A stretch of 59,887 nt of DNA, the filler included, from Diploschistes diacapsis (Eukaryota): the NCBI GenBank assembly GCA_023645945.1. It is 5 parts of 5 records of this genome, joined end to end, with 100 filler letters (N's around TTAATTAATTAA, not from the genome) between each part and the next. Parts side by side here need not be neighbours in the genome. Positions count along the whole stretch, not along the records: positions 47,999 to 59,887 come from JALAIB010000789.1; 4 more parts are not named here. One strand, written 5' to 3'. Position 1 is the first letter of the stretch, and each line of letters opens with the position of its first letter. Below, one piece after another: positions 48,453 to 59,887 of this stretch. The notes under the pieces were generated by a model, which saw nothing but the letters and a program-made list of their open reading frames with translations, had not been told where the DNA came from and ran no database searches. A program made the translations under genes and the position numbers.

Positions 48453-49317
48453 TGTGGTGTTGTGAGGCTTGTATCCAGAGACACGGCGGAATTGCTGTGC
48501 AGTTGTCCCGGAAGTGGTAATCTGCCGCGAGGTTCTCTCTTTGGTGTGCCGTGTAGGAGTTGATGTTATATTCAATCACAGAGTCTCTTGTCCAGACCAG
48601 TAGCGGAGGGCTGTCAGCTATGCCACAGCTGAAGAGAGGTTCCTTGAGATTGTGCGATAGTTTTGTTGTCAACTTGTGAGAGCGATACACAAATGGAACC
48701 AAGAGTGGCTACACGGGTTCGAATGGACTTGAGACCGCAGATGGGGCTTGTCTGGTCATTCGGAAGTGTTATTATTCAAGGGTGCGAGGCTGTGTAGGAT
48801 CAGTGTAGCGCCGTACAGAAAACTGGCCAAAGGTGCATTGTAGTTGTTGTAGCTGTAGAGAAACCGAATACGAAATCTTATGAGGGAACGGACGCAACCA
48901 AGATTTGTTCAGGGGCAGCAACCGCATTATTATCGGCCCGCTGGTCGCAGGACTGACCCTGTCTATTTGCGGCAGGCAGTTTCCGATTCGAGTCGCAACC
49001 GCACAGGGACAGAGAGAAACAATGGTTTATTACAAGAAGGCCTATAGAAAGACGAGTATCTAGCAATATGACTCTTTTTATGCGATGTTACAGGCTCAAA
49101 AATACAAAACTTATGTTTTACAGGGTATCAGAAACCAGAAGAGCGCACTAGGTGGACGACACCTTCCCAATGCCTCAAGCTTCAAACTCAACGACAGGCT
49201 AACGCCAGGATAGATGCCAAACATCGTAAGAGAGCCCATCATCCTCGCCGACCTTAAATCAGATAAGGCACACTAAATGCCGCTGGCTCGCTACCATGTG
49301 CCACGCCCTCCAACGCT

Positions 49318-52300
49318 TCAGAATGGTGGGAATCTTTCCTCATCCACCCTAGTCTTCTCTTTCCAGCATGACTCCACCCATTCGAGTCCCACTATCCTTG
49401 GTAGTGGCTTCCAATCACTAACCTCCCTTCTTGCATCCGCAGCTCTACAGCGTAGCTCGCTATTGGTGTTGCCACATATAACCACGTGCGTGGTCTTGCC
49501 CTCTTGAAGGTCAAGAGAAACCGTGGCGCCGGCGAATCGTGCATTCTGGCGAGCTTGATACGATCTCACGGACAGAGAGTCTAGTACGTCCAGAGTCTCA
49601 TTAGAGCCTCTAAGAGCCACGACTGTGCCCCGCAGTATCCAACAGTTAAGGGCAGGTAATTCGCCAGTACCTGACCCGAGAGCGGCAATGGCGGTGGAGG
49701 TTGAATACCGCTTCTTCGGCCTGGACATTCCATTAAAGGTCTGTTTCAGCTCATCCGGGGTCGTGTCTCGAGCATAGCTGTCTGCATTGGGATCCACCTC
49801 CTTTTCAGCTTGGCCTTCCATCTTCTCAATGGTAAAGAGCATATGTTTCGGCTCGAAAGGAAGCAAAAAAGGCGGCAGGTCCCTTGTGTGCTGCTCATTT
49901 TGCTTGATGCAGTCAAATAGCCACGATGGCCGTATGACGTTTCTTGTTCCACGCTTCTTAAGCGCGTTGACTTGAACGAGATTTGCATCAGCAATGCAGA
50001 TGACGTTGTTGTCCTTTTCCGATGTCTGCGAGATAGTCCCTCCGTTGGCTTTCACGAGCTGCTCGAGCTCGGCCTTGCTTTTCTTCTCAGGCTTAGTTGA
50101 TCCGCCAATGATGAAGAAGTTCAAGCCTTTGAAGCATTCGGTAGCAGGGCCAGCAAATGGCGTGTCCAGGAGCTTGTCGTCTCTGCCAAGTACTGTGAGC
50201 GCTCTCTTCTTTGTCGTCCTTTTCCGCTTCTTCCTTGCGTCGTCGGCTGCCATCTCCTTCTTCTTCTGTCGTTCCTTCTCAACCCCAGCTTTCAGATCAA
50301 GGAAGTCCTGGACCGTCAATGTAGTCGTCCAATCGCGATCCTCACGCAGCTTCTGGAACCTGGGGAACCGCAGGGAGAAGCCGGTAGCGAATTTGTCTGT
50401 CTCTATCACCGAAGAGGCTTTGACGGACAGGACGACCGAGTCTTCAGGCTTGATCCACACGTCAGGTCTTTCAAACTCGCTCCTGTCTCTACCCGCGAGC
50501 TCTATATACTCACATGGCGGTCGCTTCTTGTCGAATTTCATCCACTTGTCCTCCGTCTTATGGCGGATAGTCGCATAGTCGGAAGCCATGAAGCCTCCAC
50601 CGACCTTGAAGAACGAGAGGCACTTCTGAGGATTGGCTCCCTGTCGAACCTGAGTTTCGTCGACTTTGAGCCCGCATAGGAAGCTAGATAGCCAGCCTCC
50701 TCGACGTCCCGATCCATAGTATCCGCCAATGACAATGCAATCGAGCTGTTCGCCGTACTCAGTCATGTACTCGGGCTTCACTTTCATCCAGTCGTCGTTG
50801 CGGTCGTTGAGCGAGTATCTGGACCGGGGGTTCTTTAGCACAAGACCCTCCGAAGCCTTCGCTACGACTTCTCGTAAGGCGTCTTCGATCTCCTCGGGGG
50901 TTGTAGCATCGCGCTTCTCGTGAATCTCGAAGCGGCCATCGAGCGGGCTGATAACAGCCTCTTCCAATGCTTTCCTCCTAGTGTAGAGATCGTGCGCCGT
51001 CAGGTCGCGCCCGTTCAAGTAAAGAATGTCGAAGACGCGCATCAGAGGCCTGTGCCCGGACGAAGCCCGGGGGTTTTGCTGCTGCGAGAGCGCCGCCGTC
51101 TTCAGCGTCCCGAAAGGCACCATCGCATTCATGACCGGATCCCACGTAATCATCTCTCCGTCCAGGATGATACTCTCCACGCCCTCGTGGAAAACATTGA
51201 GCAGATGCCTCGTCAGCGCTCCATTGTCATCGTAGAAACCGTTGCCGTAGAGATATGTATACTCCTTTGCCCTCCTCGACCAGAAGGCGAACCGCTTCCC
51301 GCCAGGTACGGCCTCGTCGGTCGTCATGTGCAGCTGCATCCGCTCGCCGTCGAGTTTCTCCTCGATCCAAAAGAGGGCATCGTTCTCGGTCGGCCGCATC
51401 CGCCTCACCATGGCCGCGAAGTCATGCATCTGGAACTGCGCCAGCTGCGGCTGGAAGATCTGCATCGGCGACACCGTCCTGTCCTCGTTCAGCAGCCTCT
51501 CGTTGGGATCGTGCAGCTCCCAGCACACCCGCCTCAAGCTGCTCGACACCTTGAACAGGCTCTCGGCGTCCGGGTGCCAGACGTCGAACAGCGTCTTCTC
51601 CGAGGCGCCGATCTTCATCTGCTTGAGGATGATCCTGACCAGCCACATGATCTCCTCGGCGTTCATCTCCCGGTAGAAGGTCTTGAAGATGGGCAGGTGG
51701 TCCTCCTCCCTGCCCGAGCGGCTCAGCCGGTCCAGCATGTCGTTCACGTCGGCGACGGTCAGCCTGCCCGGCGCGACGTTCATGGCGCGCCTGCCCACGA
51801 CGTCGAAGCAGCGGCCGGCGAAGTCGCCCGCCCTGGCGCTCACCACCCCGCCCGCCGGCGCCGCCGGCGCCGCCGACGACGACGACGGCAGCCTCCAGTT
51901 CAGCAGGCTCTGCGCGTCCTCGGACCGCCGGTCGATGCCCACGCACTTGACCAGCATCCGCCCGATCGCCTTCTCCTTGAGCCCGTACACCGTCCGGTCC
52001 TTGTCCTTCTCCGGCACCACCAGCCGGAACGCCGGGAAGATGTCCGGCCCCACCTCGCGCCGCCATCTGCCGATGAAGGCCGAGATGATGCGCCGCCGCA
52101 CCTCGTGCGCTTTCGGCCACGCGCCCTGCTTCCGCCCGGTCCGCGCGAGCCCACCCGCCGTGGTCGACGGGTTCTTGCGGTTCTGGTCGAGCGGGTTGAA
52201 GAGGTCGGTGTAGAGGGAGGAGAAGGGGAGGGTTGGGCCGTGGTTGCGGGGACGGTTGGGGAACCTGAAGACGTCGTTTTAGATTTATGCTTTGAAGGGT

Positions 52301-52410
52301 TGCGGGAAGCAGCGGGGGGGGGGAAGAGAGGGCCTGGTGTACTCAATATCCAGCTGGCTTTCTGCTGGTATGTTAGGGATCGCCGCTGGCGGAGAACTGG
52401 CGTCTTGCAT
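49318..52410 (-). CDS. LIG4: DNA ligase IV (NHEJ)
   Basis: Exon 1 MQDASS...LDIE, intron ~52342-52265, then FPNRPRNHGPTLPF. Motifs EEKLDGERMQ, ILDGEM, VFDILYLN, EGLVLK, WMKVKPEY and LRFPRF, plus two C-terminal BRCT-like regions. Confidence 0.96.
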
Positions 52411-53501
52411 GATGGCATCTTGACCGGCTATCTTAGAGGAAACAAGAGCCATTGGAAAAGAAAAGGACTACGGGAATGGCTTTAGAGCCCAAGTCACGGT
52501 CATATTGAGGCTCACGTCTAGCAAGTGTTGGGGGAAATTCTGGGGAAGTTTAGTTAGAGGTAGGTGCCTGAAGTTAAACGGGTAACACACAACCGACTAC
52601 ACATGGGACTCTTTCCAATGAACCTAGGCTTTCCTTCTGTAGAGTCTTGGTGGGATATCAGGACTGGTGGGAGCGCTTTTACTAGTAGAGATGGCTTCTT
52701 CTCCTGCAGTGTGTCAGTCCAAGGGGGCCAACCCTACACAGCATGACCACTCCAACGAGTGATTTCCTGGGTTGAGTTTCCATCTTCGATCGGTAGTCGA
52801 TAAATACCCCGTAGGGCACAGAGCAGTCTAAGATTACAGTGCTAGTTGATGTTGCACAGAGCTATGATAATCGATACGCTTCTTTTAAACTAAGGACAAG
52901 GTGTAACCTTGTTACTCATGTTACAACCGGTGGCCTCCCCAAACAATCTTCACGCAGCATCGGACCCCGCACCATTAGGTTGGCTCAAAATGTTCGATAG
53001 CAAACAGCCCCCCTAATGACTATAGAAGATGCTGGAGATGTGCCGAATCTGCACCGCTTGCTTTGCGGGTCACTGGTCCTTGTGGGGCCGTCTCTTGGTA
53101 TCGGATGCCCGTATACTTCTCGAGGGCAAACTGCCCTTCTTGTCGGCCGTTCCATGGGCACATCCCATCGTCTTCCGTCGCTCCATTATTTCACTGAAAT
53201 CAACAGTCTTAAATGGGAACCCGTATTTCAAAAATAGGACAAACTGTCCTGCCGCGCTATTACTGTGGTGCGGGTACTAGATCGACAAGGTGATGGAACC
53301 GGCCAATCGAACCTCGATGCGTTACCCAGGATCGGAGGGCACGCAGAGCGACGATGACCGCCCTCGTTCACCTAGCACCAACAGACTACCGCCCAAAAAC
53401 GCCATATGCTGAGTGAAGAATGTGGTATCAATCTATGCAAGCCCAACCACAGGACTGACGGAGGGGAATCGTAACGATCGTGATCAAGTAGAAATTAGTG
53501 A

Positions 53502-56245
53502 TTAGTATACTGTGGTTTCCATCTCGAGCTCCGGTGGAATATTAGACGCCATGGTAGGGGTGGTACCGCCAGACTGAGAGGGTACAGCATCCTCGTAGCC
53601 GACCAGGGCCTGAGAATGCAATTTAAAGGACTCGCCCATAAGCTTCGTGATTCTGGACCAGTTAGCGAAGTGGAGGGAAATGGATCGTGGCTACGCACCC
53701 CCAAACGACAACCTCGTCGAGCATGCTGCCCCAAATGCGAGCGACGGTAGAGCTTAGCTTTGATCCGAAGAGGTCCAAATTGTCATCGTCAAATAGATTT
53801 CGAACTCTGTTGTACATCGCCAGCTCCTCTTCGTTGGCTGGCTCTTCGTCGTTCTCGAGTCGGTAAAGCCAAAGGCTCAGGATCAGCATAAGATCTAGTC
53901 CGCACAGTGGATGCTCAACGCTCCAGTTTGTTGCGCAGGTCCTGCCGACCCATTTGATGCCTTGGGTTGCCACGATCTCGATGCAGTCGAAGCATTCCTC
54001 GAGGACCTTGATCATTTCCCGCGAGCGTTTGACATTGTCCCTGGCATTCGTCATGGCGGCTGCTACCTCGTAAGAATCGTGGTAGCGTAAAGCCTCCTGG
54101 ATGGACTTGAGGTCGACTTCGAGGCGAGCTCTAGTATTCCGATACACCGCCAACGCATTGAAAATGAGCGGGTGTCCTTTGTGAGGAGCAGATAGCTGGA
54201 CAACGATCGTTTCGGGGAAGCAAAGTTCGAGAGATTTTTCCCACGTCTCAAGAGCTAGGCGCAGCTTGTACTCTGTGACGACGTCCTGTAATGCCTCGGA
54301 GCTGCGTTTGTGGTACCATACCTCGAGGAACAGGGCGTTGATCATGACACGAGTGGCAAAAGCACTATAACGGGCGGCCTCCCCCTGGAACAGGCTGTCA
54401 TGAGCTTCGCGCACGGTCGTTATCATGGACGCCGCGAGGCTTTCGCGCCAGGACTCTTCGTCGGAATGTTCGAGGTTCCAGAGAGATTCGGAGGAGGGTA
54501 GCTCGAGGGTCTCGAACTCGTTGAAGCTTATTGCAGGAGTATGGTTGTACGTCAGGGTTAGCAAGCCAAAGAAGATATACACGGCATAGTATGTTCTTCG
54601 ACAGCCCTCATCTTCAATCCACTCGGCATGTGTCGGGTGACGACCCTCCCTGCCTTCGGTGCGGAGCTTCAGTTCGTATCGGTTACCGGCGACCATCTTC
54701 ACAGCATTAGAGGAGTTTGGCTTTCGGGTTGTTTCCAGACGCAACTTACGTTCGCCAGGAGACTTTTGATAGAGCACGCCCATTCCAGACCTTTGGCGTC
54801 GCCGCTCCAACTCGCAAAGATCATGTTAATCAGGGTACTCTGCATGGTCCACAAAGGGCATTTTCGTGAGCTAAAGTTCTCCTCGTTAACGACGAACTGA
54901 TTCACAAGTTGCTTCGAGGCAATATGCAGATGGTAAGCTTGATCTTGGTTGAAAGCGTACAAGGCACCGATGGACAAAACAGCAAGAAGCAAGGGGGCAG
55001 ACACTTCAGCAGGCCTGAAAGATTCGGGGTGCAGGAAGGGCAAGTGGTGATGGAAGAGGTTGAAGTAAGTTGACAGATAGTCGTTCAGCTCTTTGCGCGT
55101 CTGGACATTGAAGGGGGGCTGTATCGCGCTCTCACCGTCGATGCCCTTGATGCTCCGTACAATGGCGTCGAACTCCTCATCCGACTCAACCTGTGGTGCC
55201 TTGGGCGTGGTAAGAGCCTGACTGGGGCCGGGAGATCGTCGATAGTCGACGGGGGAGATGGGGCCAATGAGGAAGGGAAAGGGCGATAGGCCACGTCCAC
55301 CGTTGGGAGTTGCGGAGCCCGAGATGGGTAGGGTACCTTCCATTGATTGCAGATTGGGAGCGAGAGTGTCGCCGGTGGAGGGAAATCGATCCACCATTGG
55401 CATGTTTTGGGGCTGCGGCTGCAAGGTGCTTGCACTATTGAAAGAGAGCTGCGACAGTTGAGAATCCTGTGACCCAGACACACTAGACGAGATGGAATGA
55501 GCTTTGGGTTGAATTACCGGATGCGACATGAAAGAATCCCACGGCATCTGCGGCAGCGACATCTGACCGTTGGACAGATACTGCACTCCATTATCGAACA
55601 TGGTGGTATGATCAGGCGAGTACGGAGTCGGCGGTCCGTCGGCTTCGGCGTCATGGTTGGCCATGGCGGCGGCAGCGGCTTTGGCATGCAAGTCGGTAAT
55701 CAACATCGCAGCAGTCTCGAGGTCAACCATACCATCGCTGCTAGCTTCTATCTGCTCCAACGTCGCGGTGTCCACTACCGCGGGCTTCGACGGGGTAGCA
55801 GCGGTCGAGGCAGTTGATGCCTTGTTTGCCGCCCGTCTCTTGACTTCGCTGACGAGCGGGACGCCGCCATCCTTGGCGTGAACGGTACGATCATGCCGCA
55901 GCAAGAGGTCTCGACGAACGAACGTGCTGCGACATTTCATGCACTTGAATGGACGTTCTTTCGTGTCTGTTGTTGATGGAAAGAAATTTTCGTCAGCCAC
56001 CTGCTACCCCACCAAAGATCGCATGAACAGAGCAACCCCTCGACCCCACGTTGGAACTAAGGGAAACAAAATAAAAAAAACTTACGCGACCTCTCGTGTC
56101 TGCTTCTGTGTTCACTTCGACTAAATGCACGACTGCAGAACTGGCACTTGTACTTCTTCTCGGGCGGACCTCCCGACTTCTTAGTTGGGGATGGACCTGA
56201 GGGGGTCGAAGAAGGAGTGGCAGCAGTTGCAGCGGTCGGAGGCAT
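53502..56245 (-). CDS. amdA: C2H2 zinc-finger transcription factor with fungal TF middle domain (AmdA-like)
   Basis: Two fingers YKCQFCSRAFSRSEHRSRHERSH / FKCMKCRSTFVRRDLLLRHDRTVH, then YFNLFHHHLPFLH and WIEDEGCRRT. Three introns; last exon ends EMETTVY*. The orthology call is from recalled finger sequence. Confidence 0.85.
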
Positions 56246-59200
56246 TGTGACAGCTCGGCGAAAGTGGGGCCGGTAGTTGATACACGTCCTCCTCTTTTTT
56301 AAAGTGTCACGGACAATATCCTAACAAGGTGCAAGGGGACTGAAGGCTCGATTTTGATCATCGAGGACAAATTTGGTGGTGATGGGGAGAAGTTGGAGAG
56401 GTTTTTTTGCGGGCGGTTTAAGGAGGTTCAGTTCGACGTGGGCGTGGTGGAACTAGTATCTAGTTGTTCGCGTAGGCGGGGGTTGTTTAGGTGCATAGAA
56501 TTTACTTATGGGTAGCTGTACTCAGTAGTAGAAGACTCCGCAGAGACCGAATAAAGTTGGATTCCGAACTTTGTGAGAATGCGCTTCAAACAGCAATGAC
56601 TGTTATTGTCGTAGAATGGTGATGTTCATTGACAGGTTTGTCTATGGGAAAGAGATATGCGCAAAAGGTGCGAAAAAGGGGGCGGGCGAAACGGGGATAA
56701 TGACCTTTTCGACCATTCTGCCACTTTCGCCTGGCTGTTTTCTGCTTCGATGGGCGAGGGGCACACAAGTCTATGGTCTATGGTTGTATGGTCTTTGATT
56801 ACGGGATGGGAGGGAGAGGTGGGGTTGGGTGTGGAAGATGCGGCGCACGAGAACTACAAAGTCATACAACGTACTAGTATATTAGTATATTAGTAGTGCT
56901 GCTAGTTGAAATATTCTCCATCGACCTGGCCGTCATCGAAATTCAAGGGGACTCGGAACTGTCTTCATTATTACATACATCTACCTCATTTTTTACGTCA
57001 TTGGTACCGTTAATTACCGTCTAGTTTACCATACAAGTGGTTATTATTACAATTAGGGAAATTCCGGTGTGCTGGGCCTTTTGGCTGTTACCTCTTTTGT
57101 TCTAACGGCCCCCCTAATACTCCATTAATGTCGGCAAATGCCAGCCAAGCATAAGCCTCTGGACTAGTGGTCTAGAATTTGAGCCACCACGCCGGATCTC
57201 CGTCTCCGGAATTTGGCTTCTCTCAAATACAACGTGTAACAACAACGTATTTTAATGGGCATTGGGATATTAAATCCCATGGATCTGTCTTTTCATAGGT
57301 AGACACTTGATTGATCGTCGTGCGCGATTCGCGTCCCATACCCGCTTTTCTGGGACTTGGTGTTAAGTAGTGTGGCTTTCTCTCTCTCTACTGTGGTGAA
57401 AAGAAGAAAAGCACTCATCATCATCACCAAGCAAAGGAGTGCGAATAGAAATTGGACGATCAACACCCACGAGGGGAAGTCGGCTCGGAGGATGACGGTA
57501 CTTGTTAACTGTAACCCCAAATTTTCAAACTGTTGACAAGTGGCCACTTCCCCCAAATGGTCGAACAGAATGATGACACCTATTTATAACAACGTTCAGG
57601 CTAACTTAACTTATACGAATGGGGCTTTTATAAGCTTAAGACGTTGCTCACAAATCATCAAGCCTTGACCGCTTAGGAGTGGAGGGTATTTTTCACGCCA
57701 TTATTGTTCTGTGGCGAGGTCTTGCAATTTCTCTTCTCCAGCTTTCGGAAAGGCAATCCATTACCCCGTGTGCTTGTACCCTGTACGATGTGCGTGTGGC
57801 AGCAAAACAGCGGCCCCCTCCACGAGCCCCCCACAACCCCCCACCTAGAAGGTAACTTGAAGTTCTCAAACAAGATTTGCTTTAGACGATACCTGATCAC
57901 TTAATGCCGCCTTGCATCTCCATCTCCTCGGATTCTGCCCTTCTTCTGTCTTGATTCTTTTGACTGACTGCTCTTCCCAGTTTTGCTGTCGCTTCTTTAT
58001 TGCGTGGGAGGCTACCAAAATACGATAGTATCTACCAATCCAAGCCGCACGGAATAAAGTTACTCTTCACTTCCGGTTAAGGTAGTACCAAGGGCTGCTG
58101 CCCAGGTTAATCCTCTGGGTCAGTGATGCGGTTTGTCGTCGCGACCTTTGCCGTTTGATATGCAACAGCCCCGTTAAGTATCACGGATATTGGACTGTGC
58201 TGGAAACAGCGATCCTGCATCTTCATTCATGCCTATGAGATCGCGGGAACGGCACGGCTTTGACGGATGCTCGTCTGCCCCGACCCTCTCCAAGTCCGCC
58301 GCTACTCGACCGCTGCACTCTGCCTATGCTGGACGGCATTCTTCGTTCCTTCAGCACAGTACACCGTCACCGACATCCAGACCTTTGAAATCCAGGTCAG
58401 AAGCGGTGAGAGATAAGATGCGGTCAGCCAGTCCTTCAGCCTGCTGGTTATGGAGAAAAAACTTCCTCCGTACGGGACAGGCGATAAGAGGAAAGATGCC
58501 TAATTTTTTCGTGCAGCTAATTCGGTCTCGTCTCTTTCAGTTACTCGGAAGCTCTTGTTTTGAGTCTTGGCACAATATCACGGAAATGGCAGGATCTGTT
58601 GAATTGCAACACCAGACGTCAAATGTTCAGCATCTGGAATTTGTTGACGGGTACGGTTATAAATTGGTTGAGCTTGGGACTTCATTTCTTGTGCGGAAAG
58701 CATTCATAACCTGGTAAAAACTCTGTGGAAGGTTTCCTGATTGATATCGGAGGCGATATCGGAGGCTAGCCTGTTAGCATTGCAAACCTCCACCATCCGT
58801 CGTTCCCCGACAATTTCCCTGGCACTCTAAGCATGCGCCAACGACGGATACTAGTCTAGTATGATGCCTCCTTTCCAGTGGTTCTCGCGTGGCAGCTCGC
58901 CTGCCACTGGCGTACTCCTCAATCCTTCTGCATGGTGCCCATTTATCTCTCTGGGAGCACGAGTCACGACAGAGAAAAGGACAGGCGAGACTGACGGGGC
59001 ATGTTGAGGGGCATTACTTTCGTCGTAGAACAAATGCGTGCGGAAAGGTGTTTTCCCACAGAGACTGTACGGACCAATGGCGTAGATAAATCTGCCTCAA
59101 ACACGGCAAACATTCGGTGGGTGAGCACGTAAGCACACACACTGGCCCTTCAGAGTCGAAGCAGAACCCGTGATTTCGTCGCTTGTACGGTGGAAATGTT

Positions 59201-59867
59201 CCTCAGCGTATGCTGCGCCTGAAAGTACTTGAGTAAACCAGAAGTTTGACTAACGTGACAAGTAACTGCAGCCAGCTGCTGGTAATTGCTGCCCCATATG
59301 AGTAGATAGATACTTACTTCGCACGTATGCATAGGGGATTGTGGGGTCTGATGTGTTTTTTCCAACCGTTAAGAATCATCTACCGGCGCAAAATCTATAT
59401 GAATGAACGGCGTGTGGCCCAGAGATAGCCTTCTTCTGCGTTAATAGGTGCGTCTACCGTGTGACCGTGTCTGGCCGATAACGGGATAAGCAAGCTTTAG
59501 GACTATTATGGTGGTGTGCTTGAAGCGACGGTCTAGCATTACAGTATATTCTACCACATGGCTTGACGCCTTGGCTCCTCCGATACTTTTTGTCACTTTT
59601 GACAGTGGCCGAGCAAGCGGCACATGGGGAAATCCAACGTGGTCGGCTCACATTTACTACTCAGTGTGCCCTTTGTGATATTGTAGCACAGATAAGAGCG
59701 GATAGGCCGTTCGGGAAAACTGCTGTTCTACGCAATACGCTATAGGCAATATGGCCAATGCCATGCTGGATTATCGCTTTTGTTGCATTCGGCTTTGAAA
59801 GGCTTTGGGAGTAGTAAATAATCTGAGGTCTGATCTGGGGAATATGCTACCAAAACGTCATTGTCGG

Positions 59868-59887
59868 CTGCTGCTGCTGCTGCTGCT
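59868..59887. repeat. (GCT)n microsatellite at window end
   Basis: Direct reading. Confidence 0.85.

Noticed and set aside
5152..52410. Pol eta and ligase IV as a DNA-repair cluster
   Set aside because: They are on separate contigs.
50920..52485. 521-aa plus-strand ORF and other long antisense or alternate-frame ORFs (e.g. 2011-2940, 36025-36690)
   Set aside because: Shadow ORFs of GC3-rich genes (LIG4, acyltransferase, SDA1) with no independent motifs.

Overview
Eukaryotic DNA from a filamentous ascomycete (Pezizomycotina-type genes with short spliceosomal introns). The window is not one locus. It is five pieces (11,904, 11,902, 11,901, 11,891 and 11,889 bp) joined by identical artificial 100-bp N44-TTAATTAATTAA-N44 spacers in descending size order, so gene order across spacers carries no information. 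About 25 coding loci can be supported. They include DNA polymerase eta, RBG1/DRG1 GTPase, cysteine dioxygenase, a GT90/CAP10-like glycosyltransferase, an acid-sphingomyelinase-like enzyme, a nucleoside hydrolase, LSM8, an HpcH aldolase, SDA1, RPS5, an Hsp70-like protein, a carnosine N-methyltransferase, DNA ligase IV, an AmdA-like C2H2 factor and a Zn2Cys6 factor. There is also an alpha/beta-hydrolase pseudogene, a large unrecognised ORF, several MITE/transposon relics and microsatellites. The strongest unusual observation is in RBG1: the conserved TQKNKAT motif is rebuilt only through a 3-nt microexon (AAG) followed by a 47-nt AT-AC intron with U2-type, not U12-type, signals. No rRNA, tRNA, CRISPR or biosynthetic gene cluster could be supported. 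All family assignments come from motif recognition by eye, not from database searches.
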